The notes beneath the pieces were generated by a model, which searched no databases, was not told the DNA's origin, and saw only the letters and a program-made list of their open reading frames with translations. The translations under genes were made by a program, and so were the position numbers. Shown here piece after piece: positions 25,973 through 40,719 of a stretch of DNA of 64,000 bases (positions are counted from its first letter, which is position 1; each line of letters begins with the position of its first letter). The stretch is from the NCBI RefSeq assembly GCF_009834535.1, contig NC_045707.1:19902001-19966000 (forward strand), written 5' to 3'. Source of the stretch: Camelus ferus (Eukaryota).

Positions 25973-26967
25973 CTAGAGGCCTTCAGGCACCTCAAGCCCT
26001 GAGTGGGTCAGCAGCTCTCCATCCCAAAGGGCAAAGGCAGGCACCACTGGACCCCGGAAATCTGTCTGTAGTGTGTGGACCACAGCAACCCGGCTCACAT
26101 CCACCAGGCTCAGCTTCTGGGCCTCATACTCCAGCAGCAGCCCCACCTTCTCTGGCTGCCCAATGCCCTCAATAGGGGCTTTCTCTTTGGCGAACATGGT
26201 GTGCCACTTGCGCTGGGCATAGGTGAACACCCAGGAACGATCGTCAACACCAATGCAGCTATCCCGGGACATGTCCACATCTGCCACTCCTATTCGGAAT
26301 TGCTGGGAGCGCTTCACTGTCACCTCCCAGTAGTGCCTGCCACTGGTGACCGCTGTGTCTGCCAGCACCACTGCCCACTCCCGGAATCGCTCCACATTCA
26401 GGGCCAATTTTGTGGGCTCCAATCCCACCATGCCATATTTGACACCTGTGTCACCTCTGAAGAGTACCAGGCTGCTGTGAGCGGTCTTTTCTTCCAGTTT
26501 GAAACTGATGCCTGCGGGCAAAGCAAAGAGACGGGATAATGACGTGGGCTGAATCTCCGGAAATAGGGACAAATACATATCCCGATGTGAAACATTCACT
26601 CATGAGATTACAAGGAAACACGGGAAAGTGAGAATGTCAAGCCGGCGAGAGTGGGAGCGCTTCAGTATGCACAGCCCAAGGAGCCGAAAAGCTCGGACTG
26701 GGGAAGCCCTGGTATTTAAAGAAACCAGAGAGTGTCCTAGGTTTGGAATCTTAAGACCAACGCCGATGGGGGAAGGAGAATGAGTCGAAGGGGCTGGAGT
26801 TGTTTCTCCGAGCGGACTCCAGCCAGAATAACAGACGGGAACTATTTTGAAAGCAAAAGAGATTAAAAGGATCTAATCCTACCTCTGCGGGCTTCCGCGG
26901 CGGCAACTCCCAATCGTTTGGCTCCCCAGCGGCACACGCACAGCGAGCGTGCAAAGGGCAGCGCCAT
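25973..26967 (-). CDS. SPRYD4: SPRY domain-containing protein 4, 207 aa
   Basis: complement(join(25973..26511,26883..26967)) = 624 nt. Exon 1 MALPFARSLCVCRWGAKRLGVAAAEARR(G), donor GTAGGA. Exon 2 GISFKLEEKTAHSS...GRHYWEVTVKRSQQFRIGVAD...LEVPEGL*. Confidence 0.97.
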
Positions 26968-27130
26968 CTTGCAGCACGGATGAACAGGGCCCGCCCCCCG
27001 GCCGAGACCCCGCCGTCTGCCCGCCTGCTCCCCTCACACGTGGTGCGCAAGAGGCTGCCGCGCAGTGTGATGACGTGAGGGAGCAGCACCCCCGCAGGGA
27101 GCCGCCATTTTCGTGAATTCTGTTCTGACT
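26640..27130 (-). promoter_or_regulatory. SPRYD4: SPRYD4 CpG-island promoter
   Basis: CpG-rich; E-box CACGTG 27037-27042, CRE-like TGACGTGA 27071-27078, YY1 motif GCCGCCATTTT 27101-27111. Confidence 0.75.
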
Positions 27131-27829
27131 CCACCCGCAGTTGACAATTTATTCAATTTTTGTGCAAAGAGGAATGCTGCCCACATTTTAACTAAATAGG
27201 ACGTTTAAAGAGATGGTGTAGCAAGACAGTTGAAAGTATAGATTTGAGTTAAATAATAATTGGATTCGAACCCTGCACCTCTGTGTGACTTTGGGCAAAA
27301 TCAGTTCTCTGAGGCTGCGTGTTCTCATTTGTAAAACAGAAAAATGTCTAGCGGTCAGACTTAAGTAAAAGTTAAACGAGAGAATAACCCGAATACATAG
27401 GCAGTTAGCAACCACTGGGTAAATGGCAGTTCTAATAAATATTAAAATGCGCAAATACTATAAATGTTTGTTTTCTGTTTTCAGGGCCAGCAATGGAAGG
27501 TTTGACTCAATATTTGGTTTTCTCAGTTTACTCTCCAAATAACACTATTTTGGTTCAGTTCAGAATGGAACAGTTATGAGGTGGGTGGTTATGGAGGGCC
27601 TACATTTTTAACATTTTGATTTGCTTGAGGCTCTGTATCCTTGCTTTCTAAGTTTTTCAAACTATCCACTTCTCAAGGCTCTGCTGGCCAGCCCAGTATC
27701 AGCATCCCCTCTCCGTCCTCCCCTCCCTCGAAAAAGTGATCTCAGGACTTTAATAGCCTAAAATATTAACCAAAAATTCTTCCCTTACTGGAGAACTCCA
27801 ACCACTGGTCCTGTGGAGATGTCCCTAGT

Positions 27830-28830
27830 TAAGGCCACTGTCATCCTTGACCTGAATTGGGGCTTTCCTGTTTTAAATGTGGTAATGTGGTCACTTCTAC
27901 AATGGACACCCAACTTCCATTTGTCTGCTTTAAATCCAATGTCCACACTACAGTCAGAGTGATATTTTTAAAATCACAAATCTGATCATGCCACTCCTCT
28001 ACTTAAATCTTTTAATGTGCCTAGAATATGTATATATGCATATATGTAGGTATCACTGAATCATTTTGCTTTACATCTGAAACTAACACAACATTGTAAA
28101 TCAACTATACTTAAATTAAAATTTTTTTTAATCTTTTAATGTACCTGCATCAAATTCCCTTGCATTGTCATAAGACTACATAATATGACTGCTGCCTACC
28201 ATCTTCATTCTTTCTCACAAAACACAGCCCCTCTTTCAAAGTGGGAGGAGATAGATGAGAATATTGGCAGCTGCATTATGATGCACTACATGCTATGACT
28301 GAAGTGATGACAGGATACTCAGGAAGCAAAGGAGAATCCTCTGATTGAGTACTATATGAGGGAGTGTTAGAGACTTCCCAGATGCCATAGCTATGGCTTG
28401 CAAAGTGAAAATGGTTAAGTAGATGAGGGAACCCCAGTTTGCTCAAGATCTTGGCCAATGTCTTCTCCTTGAATATACGTATTTTCTCTTGACTATCCCA
28501 TTTACACTGGTGGAGTCCACAATCACCTATTGGAGAAGAATTCTCAAAATCTCTACCCCGTATTTCTTTCCTGAGTTCCAGATCTGTATATCCAACAGCC
28601 TAGTGACATTTCTACCTGGATGTACCCCAGTCACCTCAAATGTAACATATCTAAAGCTAATTTTGCCTTCTTACACAAACTTCCTCCTCCTGCGCCTACA
28701 TTACCTGACTTGAACTGCAACACATAACTAGACATTTGCCCAGCCAGGAACTTGGAAGTCCCTGACTTCTTTGTCTCCCTCACTACACGTATGTGATTGT
28801 CATTAAACCCCTATCACATTATTTCTCCCT
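27830..28830. mobile_element. L2 fragments
   Basis: ttttaaaatcacaaatctgatcatgccactcctct and ctgtatatccaacagcctagtgacatttctacctggatgtacc...cacctcaaatgtaacatatctaaagc are L2-like. Confidence 0.65.
28023..28129 (+). mobile_element. Very short L1 3' tail inserted into the L2
   Basis: actgaatcattttgctttacatctgaaactaacacaacattgtaaatcaactatac flanked by ~17-bp TSD aatcttttaatgt(g/a)cct. Confidence 0.8.
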
Positions 28831-29449
28831 TGGACTGCTGCATTGGCCTTCTAACTGGTCTCCCATTCTCCCCAGTGCTGCTGAGGGAACACTTAAAGAG
28901 GCAACATTTAAAGAGGCAACTATCTCACCCACTAAGTTGTGAATTCTCAAGAATGGGGATAAAGTACATTGTCCTCTGTGCTTCAGGGCCTCGGTGTTCC
29001 CCTTAGTACAGAGTAAGTGTTCACTGCTTTTGAATGACTAATGAGTGAGTAAAAAGGGAGTTTTATACCATCATTCTGGGCATGCAATGGCTCATTCCTT
29101 CCACCAGGAGTCAGCCTGTCCCAGCCTTTTCATCCCACTTAGTATGTGAGAAGAGAGGTTTCTACTCTTTTCAAGCCTAGGAGCAAAGTCATGAAGGCGA
29201 CGTTTCCTTCAGAAAAGTCCAGCTTTGTCGGTACTTTGCATTTTGGTAGTAATGAGAGAAAAGTTTCAGGTTTATGCTTCTGTAGGGTTTCTCCTTAGGT
29301 TCCACCTTGGTCCTGAGAGCTGGAACAATCACTGGTTCCAGCTTTTACAGACTGAATATCCATCTGATAAGTCAATCTTCATTCTGATGATTTATCTGCC
29401 TCGCTGCTAGTGAACAAGTAATTAACTCTTAACATTTCCAGGCATAGTA

Positions 29450-30200
29450 ATTAGGAAATTATAGAATTTTACTTGACAGACAAAAGAGGAAAAGACATTA
29501 AAGGTATAGGGAACAGCTTAGGCTAAAGCACTGGGTTATGAAACAGAGTGGGTGTTTCCGGAACAACAAGAAGCATAATATTGCCAGAGTCTCATGCTAA
29601 AGAGATAAGGAGAGCAATTGGAAAAGCTGAGGCTGGATTATGAAGAGTTGTGTATCCCATGGTAAGAATGTCTTTCAGGCATTCAGGAGCTATTGAAGGG
29701 AATACAGAGAAATGACAAATTACAGGTACTTTTATAAAGATAAAGCTGGCAGCAACATAGAGAATGAATTGGAGGGGATGAAACTAGAAACAGGGTCAAG
29801 CAGCTTCCGAGGCCACTAGAGTTCTCACATGAGACATGGTGTGGGCTCAGCTATCTAAGAGGTAGAATTGATGGAACTTTGGTGACTGGTTAGATGGGAG
29901 TGAGAGGAAGCTGGAAGGAAAGTTGATTCATAGGTTTCTCACTTAATGAGGGGATACAGAAGAAAAAGCATATTTGGATGGGGAAAGATAATTAGTACAG
30001 TTTTGGACAGGCTGAAGTTGAAGTCTATGGAACATTCAGGCGAAAATGTTCTATAGATACATGGATAAAAATTTCAAGGGAGAGGTAGATGTAGGTGAAG
30101 TTATCCAAGGAGAGGGTGTAAACTAGAGTAAGTAGGGAATAAACTGAAGGTGCAATCCTAGGGAATATCAGTATCTGAGATAACACATATCAGGTGCTTA
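29450..30200. mobile_element. L2 fragment
   Basis: ttagtacagttttggacaggctgaagttgaagtctatggaacattcagg and gaattgatggaactttggtgactggttagatggg are L2-like. Confidence 0.6.
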
Positions 30201-32538
30201 GAACAGGACCTGACCCATAGGGAGCACTGGTCTGCTGGCTTGGGGTTGTATCTGACTCCACAGGAAAGAAAGTGGAGAAGGAGGCTAGGACAGGATGGGC
30301 CAGTCTATTTACTCTGTTTCTTGGATTAGCCCATTTCTACCATGTGGGGGCCTGGATCTGATCCAAGTGCTAACTGGAGCCCTTAACTATGAGTGGGAGA
30401 GGGATGATGCACTCAGAGCTTGGTGATTGTTCTGGACTTTGCCAGGAGTCAGCAGTCAGCAAAGCATAACCAGAGAAAGGGAGAGAAGGGGGGCCCTCAG
30501 GAGCTAGCCAAAGGGGCTGCTAGGCTAGCTTGTGCTATGCTGGGGCCTTTGTCCTACTGAAACTGTCCACACAATGGAGCTGGGTTACATGCTGACCTAG
30601 CATTCTGGGTACGGGGCTGGGATAGAGGTTCCACGTGGTGAAAACAGAGATGGATGGTCACCCAGCCCCTCAGGACCATGTTGCTATTCAACCACATTGT
30701 AATTTCTATAGAGGGTGTTCAATACTTAATAATCATAAATTATGTTTATGTCTGATTAATTCATGAATCCGTTCATTTACATGTTGATTTAAGGCAGCTA
30801 ACTTAACATGTGTGTATTGCTAGGGCATATTATCTCATCTGATCCTCGTACAATCCTGTACGATCAGCAAGAGAGCTATTTTCATGGAACTCAAATCTGA
30901 GGTATTCTTTAGGTCCTAGTGCTATGGGCTGGCTAGGGAATAGCTTCAGAAAGGTAGTGAGCTGGTCCTGGACACCCTCACAAATGGCTGTACTATTTGG
31001 GACCCACTGTGGAGAAATGAAGCAAGATGAAGAGCTCTGCCTAAAGATTCCCTAAGCTTTGTAGACTCACTTGCTCCCTAGTATTATGGATTATGCTTCC
31101 TAATGGCACCTCTCTGGGACACAGAGGGGGCCTTCTCTATTGAAGGGGGTAGTAAACGTAGGATCACTAGCCCCAGGAATATAAATAGGTTGAAATGTTG
31201 ATGGTTAGTAAACCAAGAGAACACTCAAGTGTAGAGATAGATGAGACTCCAGGATGACCGCTACTACAAGCCATTAAGACTTATGATAAATTTGTAACTA
31301 CCCCAAGTTTGTTATTTTACAGATCCCTTTTCTCCATTTCCATAGTTCCTAGTGGAAAAAAAAACTTCAAAAATTTCTGTATGTTTACTTAAGGCCAGAG
31401 GAGAGAAAGGTGGAGAATCTAAAACTAAACTTTGTTGGCAACCTCTGAAAAGAACCCCCAAGTACAAGAACGGAGTCAAGTGATAGCAAAAAAAAAAAAA
31501 AAAAAAAGTGAACAAACTAGTCAGAAAAGACAAAGATGAAATGGGGTGTGTTCTGGGTGATCCCAGGAGTGCTGACCTCAGGAATCCCCTGCACTCCCAG
31601 GCAATTCCTCAAAGGCACTTTCCTTTGCCAGTTCCAGGGGTCCAGATGCCAGTTCGGCACTGGTACCTTCCCGCTGGTTGACTCAGTTTCTGGTGAGGGA
31701 TGGGAATGACCTTACCTTGCCTTCCCTGGAATTCTTCTCATTATCTTCCAGATAGATCCTCACTTTGGCTTTCCTCTTTACCTCTCTGGCTCCTGAAACC
31801 CAGGTTCATAAAAGATGATTAGGAAGTGAAAGAATGAGTCTCTCCCTTCACTGTGAGCACCTCTGGTTGACAGAAGATGTTATAAGCTCCTTCTCCTCAT
31901 TCAGCAGGCCTGGGGCCAAAGGGCTAAAGAGGGAGAGAAAAGGGACACAGCTGGAGAGAGTGGATACCTAGGTGTGAGGATGTGTGAGTACAAATGTCCA
32001 GGGCTCCCTTGAGGAGAGCACTGCCTAGGGGACGGGGTGGCAGGTTGAGGAATGAGGCTCCTCTACTGGCTGAAGGAAGGAGACGAGGGTTGTTCCCTGA
32101 CACAAGAGTGTAGCTCTCATCTCTGGCTGCCTCTTTCTCTAGGGTAGGTGCCTGAAACACTTGCTCCTCACCTCCCAACCCCACTCACCTAGACCTGATC
32201 TGGGAGATGAGAGTCCTGCAGAGAGGGACTTTTATCTATAGACTCCACCCTTCTCCCACTGAAGCCAAGCCCTTTCCCCTTCTCCACTGTTGAATCCCAG
32301 TCCAACCAAGTGAGGCCTTATTCTCTGACTGCCCCCTTATTCTGTCCCTCAGTTGTTCTTCCTTCCTTTCACTTCAGGTGCTTGGGGGTCAGCGGGTAAA
32401 GAATGAAGAGTCTGAGGCCTGGTGGGGAGAGTTTGTTAAAGGGGAGGGGAACAGAGAGAGGGTGGGGAGGAGGGAGTAGGAGAGCAGAGGAGAGGAGACA
32501 GCCTGATCTTTCCTTCCCTTCCCCACCCTCTCTCCCAG

Positions 32539-32889
32539 GACTTGAAGAGCCAGTGGTTTTGGAGACAGGTGCTGGCTGAAGGTCTGGACACCCTGAATTT
32601 TGTGGGGTTTGTCCTTAGGGCATCGTGCCTCAGTGGGAGCTCCGTGTCAGGCACAGTCCCTCACCCCCATGCCTGGAGAGCTGCTGGTGGAGAGCCTGGC
32701 ACTGGTTTTTGATGAGGTCAGTGAGGCCCAGACAAATCCGGCCCTGACTGTGGCACTATTCTCTGCCCATTGGCTTGACCCTCTCCAGGGGTAGCCTATA
32801 TCCTGGCCCAGAGCATGGCAGCCATCCTGGCCTCACTCTTCTTCTACCTGGCTCTGCCCTGGGCGGCTGCAGCCTAACTGGTCACCCAG
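32539..32889 (+). pseudogene. AQP14: AQP14-like aquaporin pseudogene, large exon (TM1-TM3 with first NPA)
   Basis: Polypyrimidine acceptor ending cccag at 32538, donor GTAGGC at 32890. Spliced across two frameshifts: DLKSQWFWRQVLAEGLDTLNFVGFVLRAS / LLVESLALVFDEVSEAQTNPALTVALFSAHWLDPLQG / VAYILAQSMAAILASLFFYLALPWAAAA*LVTQ. Collinear with MIP exon 1 in this window. Aquaporin identity is clear; the subfamily call rests on recalled AQP14 motifs and synteny. Confidence 0.85.
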
Positions 32890-33196
32890 GTAGGCAGAAG
32901 GCCCCCTCCCTGAGTAGGGTGACACTACGTAGGTAATGAGGGTGGATGACTGATATGGCATTAAGGAATGAACAAAAGAGGGGCTAGCCCTGCTCTGTGT
33001 ATCCTGTCATTATGCCACTTTCAATATGATTGAAATAGGCCAATGAGTTAGGCTCAGCAACTCAGGAATTTGGGTGACTCGTTGCAGATCCTTTGCTCAA
33101 ATCTTCCTTGGTAGCTAGATGATGGGGTCTGTGGGCCAACGGGAGGGATGCATGTGTTCTCTCACCCCTTGTCCTAGCATCACTTGTCCCTTCTAG

Positions 33197-33348
33197 GCGA
33201 GCAGGAAGAGTTATGTAGGTCAGGGCCTGGGCATGGAGTTTTTCTCCACTTTCTAGTTGGTACTCACCATGTTTGCTGGGCTTCGCTGGCGGGTGGACCA
33301 GGTGGCCTGGCAGTGGGTTTCTCAGTGACCTGAAGCACTGGTATGAAT
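33197..33348 (+). pseudogene. AQP14: AQP14-like pseudogene, next exon (TM4 to start of TM5)
   Basis: Acceptor cacttgtcccttctag. ASRKSYVGQGLGMEFFSTF*LVLTMFA, then after a ~13-nt deletion GPGGLAVGFSVT*. Aligns with MIP exon 2 ([21 protein letters not shown]...LAVGFSLT). TAG at 33254-33256 sits at the conserved Gln position. Confidence 0.8.
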
Positions 33349-33496
33349 NNNNNNNNNNNNNNNNNNNNNNNNNNNNNNNNNNNNNNNNNNNNNNNNNNNN
33401 NNNNNNNNNNNNNNNNNNNNNNNNNNNNNNNNNNNNNNNNNNNNNNNNNNNNNNNNNNNNNNNNNNNNNNNNNNNNNNNNNNNNNNNNNNNNNNNN
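33349..33496. other. N-run (148 nt)
   Basis: Seen directly; lies between the pseudo-exon and an L1 3' fragment. Confidence 0.99.
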
Positions 33497-34161
33497 AGAC
33501 TCTAATTCAAAAAGACATGTGCACCCCAATGTTCATAGCAGCATGACTTACAACAGTCAAGACATGGAAACAACCTAAATGTTCGTTGACAGATGACTGG
33601 ATAAAGAAGATGTGAGATACACACACACAGACATACACACACACAATGAAATACTACTCAACCATAAAAAAGAATGAAATAATGCCATTTGCAGCAACGT
33701 GGATGGACTTAGAGTTTATCATACTAAGTGAAGGAAGTCAGACAGAGAAAGACAAATATCATGATATCACATATGTGGAATCTAAAAAAATTACACAACT
33801 GAACTTATTTACAAAACAGAAAGAGACTAACAGACATAGAAAACAAACTTATGGTTACCAAAAGTGAAGGAGGGGAGGGATAAATTTGGAGTTTGGGATT
33901 AGATACAAACTACCATATATTAAATAGATAACCAGCAAGGGCCTACTGTACAGCACAGGGAACTATATTCAATATCTTGTAATATGTCTAATGGAAAAGA
34001 ATCTGAAAAAGAATAAATTTATATATATATAAAAAACTGAATCATTTTGCTGTACACCTGACATTAACACAACATTTTAAATCAACTATACTTCAATTGA
34101 AAAAGAAGAAAGAGTTGAAAAAAATAAGCAAAAAAAAAAAAAAGAAAGAAAGAAAGAAAGA
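33497..34161 (+). mobile_element. 5'-truncated L1 3' end with poly(A)/(AAAG)n tail
   Basis: gacatgtgcaccccaatgttcatagcagc...aagaatgaaataatgccatttgcagcaacgtggatggacttagag...aatcaactatacttcaatt, then A-run and (aaag)n. Confidence 0.92.
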
Positions 34162-34929
34162 ACGCACCCGTACAAAGCAGCAGGCTTGGGGAAGGCTGGA
34201 TTCCACTCCTCAAGGGGAAACACAGCTTTTTTTTTTCCTTTCAAGAGTCTAGGCTATCAGAAAATATTGTGTATGCTAATTATATGTAAATATATGTAAA
34301 ATCTCAGGTTTTGAGAGCTCACCTCTAATTTGAAAGTTTGGTGTTTACCTAAGTGGGGAGGCTGCTGTGAAAGAAAATGGGCTGGGGTTCGGTTCTCCAT
34401 AAGGTTCTTATCAACATTTGATAAGGAGTAAAGGGGAAAGGTTGGTAGCTTCAAATAAGGAAATCTGTTCATTGGTGTCTCCGAGGGCACGACATTAGCT
34501 GCTCTTTGCTCCTTATTCTAAGAGGCCATGGGGTCTATGGTTAGGGAAAATCCCTTCCGATTGACACAGCCCTCATCAAATGGCTCCTATTTGTTAAGTG
34601 CTTTATTCTGTGCCAGGCACCATACTAGCCCTGTACCTACTTTTTCTTTGATCCAGAGTAAACTGAGGCTCAGAGAGCTTACATTAATTTATTCAACAAA
34701 TACTCATTTACTGCCCACTGTGTGTCAAGCACAGGGTTTGCAGTGGTGGACAAATCGACAAATCCCTGCCCTCCTGGAGTTTATATCTAGTGGGGATAAT
34801 GTCCCCGCCTAGAAGATGGGAAAGCCAGGGCTGGGTTGCTGCTGTTCGTTATGGATTTCAAGTGCAGAGAATATTCCTTTGTTCATGACATCCCCCTCTC
34901 ATTGGCCTATATATGGCTCCAACTAATTT

Positions 34930-35490
34930 TTTTTAAATAATTAAGCGTCATTATTAACCATCTACCCAACAGAAAAACTAGAACCTTGAGAAGCACTTAC
35001 AGAAATCTGTACTTATGTATGTAAATATCCCGCTTCATCCCCTCGTCTCCCCTAACCTAAGGTAAACACCATCCTGAGTCCTGTGTTTATCATTCTTTGT
35101 TTTCTTTTTTGTGTAGTTGCATGTCATATATATGTGTTTTGAAAAGCATATTTTTATTTTAGATGTTTTTTTTTTTTACTTTATGAAAAGATTTTCATGC
35201 TATGTATAATCTTCTGGGGCTTTTTAAATGACATTTTATTGCTAAAATTTATCCCTACTATTGAGTGTCACTGTGGTGGTACCTCGTTTTGACTGCTGAA
35301 TAATTTTCTGTTGTGTGAATATACCATCGTTTATTCATCCATTCTCCTGTCGATGGGCATTTGGGTTGCTTCAAGATTTTGCTATTGTGAACAATGCTGC
35401 TGTAAACAATCTTGTAACTGTCTCCTGGTGTAAGTATAGGAAAGTTTCCCTTGGGTATGTATGTAAGTGAGAAGTGAAATTCCTGGGTCA
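34930..35490 (-). mobile_element. Antisense L1ME-type fragment
   Basis: ttattcatccattctcctgtcgatgggcatttgggttgcttcaagattttgctattgtgaacaatgctgc. Confidence 0.7.
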
Positions 35491-35899
35491 GACACCCCCA
35501 CCTCCAGACCTTTCCCTAGGGATAGAGGTTTAGGACTCCAGTGTCCTGATAATGGCCATATCAGGAGGCATCAGACCCTCCCATTGCTTCATAGCCATGA
35601 CTCAGTTTCCATCCTTTCAGTATTTTTGCTAGCACCTTGTGAGTTAGGAAAGACGAAGTACAAGCTGATTCTGAGATTTAACTACTAACCCCTCTTCCCC
35701 TGCCCAGCTCCCTGACCCCACTTCCAGGCTATCCATGGAAGACACTTTTTCCTGCTCTGTCTTTGTGGTTTAAAAGGCCAGGCTGAGGGCTTGGAAAGGG
35801 AGGTGCTGGCATGGGGTAGGGGTAGGGAACCCAGGCTCAGAGAAAGCCAGACGCAGCAGATCTATTCTGTCCCAGAGCTGCAGGGTCCACAGATTCCAG

Positions 35900-39162
<3,263 letters not shown>

Positions 39163-39930
39163 AAGCTCCAGTGGGATAGAGGGAGTAGGAAGCTTCTGGG
39201 TTTACATGCAGGGGCTGAGCCAGCCCCTGGATGAAGAGACTGTGGGGAGGGGCATGTACTTCTTTATTTTTAAATTTACGTTTTTTTTTTTTTTTGGCCT
39301 TTTGCCGTGTGAAATCTTTCAAGTTGCATTCATGAGCTGGTTGGTGCAAACTTCCCTTCCTCCCCCTCCCACCCTTCTTCGCCGATGTGTGTGCAAGATT
39401 GTGATTGTGCGTATGAATGTGTGAATGTGGCTGTGTCTGAGTTTTGGGGCATGGCATGAGAGGTAGGGAAGTGAAAAGAGGCGTTACCCTATACCTTCCT
39501 CTCCCAACCCAGTGTGGTAAGTTCAGGGCACCAAGACCTTGTTTCTGGCCTCTGCCCTGCTGCCAGTCAGGTGTATGGCTCTGACTTTCAGACAGGGCAG
39601 GGGAGCAGTAGTTACTCCTCAGAGGCAAGGCATTCCAAGGGTTGGGAGAAGCAGTTGGGTGTCAGGGAGGAAATGGAGGCATTAGCCCAGATCAGGATGC
39701 AATTGTACCAAAAAGTTTTGGAGAAGTTAACAGGAGAGTGTAGCCTACTTATCTCAGGGATGCTTGCCCCAGGGACTTGGGTGGGGAAGTAGCTCTGAGA
39801 AAAATGAACACTGGGGTTTGAACTGTTCTGTAAATCCACATCAACCTGTCTACATTCACTGCCTGGGTTTTGTGTTCATTCTGGCAGGATGGATCTCTTT
39901 GGAGGCTCTGGGCCATTAGCTCCCAACCTA

Positions 39931-39936
39931 AATAAA
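39931..39936 (+). terminator. MIP: MIP candidate poly(A) signal AATAAA
   Basis: First AATAAA after the stop codon; another at 40536-40541. Confidence 0.6.
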
Positions 39937-40719
39937 GGGTGGGTGAGCCTAGAATCTACAAAAATTAAGTAGCTTAACTATTCTGCCCAACAGCCACCCA
40001 GTGCAGCCTCTAGGCAGACAGTACTTGAGCCCAGAAAAGCTCCCTAAGGCCAAAACAGGAAATCTGATGCCTGGAGCAAATGCAGAAATGACGATGGGGA
40101 CACAGGAGGGAGAGGATGTGATGCTCAGAGTTTTAATTTAGATCAGACCAAAACACTCTTCCAATGGCCTCTTTCTGCTTTTATTATTATTTCTTCGGTC
40201 TTCTTTATTTTCCTTTTTGTTGTCTGTCTTTTCAACTTTAGCAAACCTCTTCTAACTCTCCACCTGTCCCAGAAATTGATTCTTTCTATTCAAATGCTTA
40301 ATAATTTTCGAGATATTCGTTTGATCCCTATCTTCTTTCGTTGTTGGCAAAATACACTCATCTCAGCAGAGGTCAGAGGAGACCTTGAACAGACCAATGA
40401 ATACTTACTGTTGATCTCTTCCTTTTAGGAGCCTCCTGCATACTTCGCAAGCTTTAAACCTATACCTATAGTAAGAAAGACACCCCAGCCCCGCAAAAGA
40501 CCACTCTCCGCGTAGCTCAACTCCACTTCCTCACAAATAAAGCCTAACTTTTCTAACTAACCTTGTAAGACTTTGGAATAATCCACTTGATTAGGAGATG
40601 GGGACGAATGTCTGTAAATTCACTTCTAATCGGACTTAGATCCCTATTATCTTAAGTCTGCACGAAATTTATAGCGCTGTGATTTTTGGCTCATGTAAGG
40701 GATTCGACTCAAATACTTC

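Noticed and set aside
26512-26599. N-terminus of the 208-aa ORF 25973..26599 (MNVSHRDMYL...)
   Set aside because: Intronic read-through upstream of the SPRYD4 exon 2 acceptor; the real N-terminus is exon 1 at 26883-26967.
32539-32889. Functional AQP14 rescued by compensating frameshifts
   Set aside because: The exon length is a multiple of 3, but the entry frame hits TGA at 32710-32712, there is a TAA at 32875, the next exon has TAG and a deletion, and no NPA2 exon was found.
33258-33272. Minus-strand ATG|GTGAGTA resembling a first exon of a hidden gene
   Set aside because: It is the reverse complement of the pseudo-exon codons V-L-T-M; there is no supporting promoter or downstream exon.
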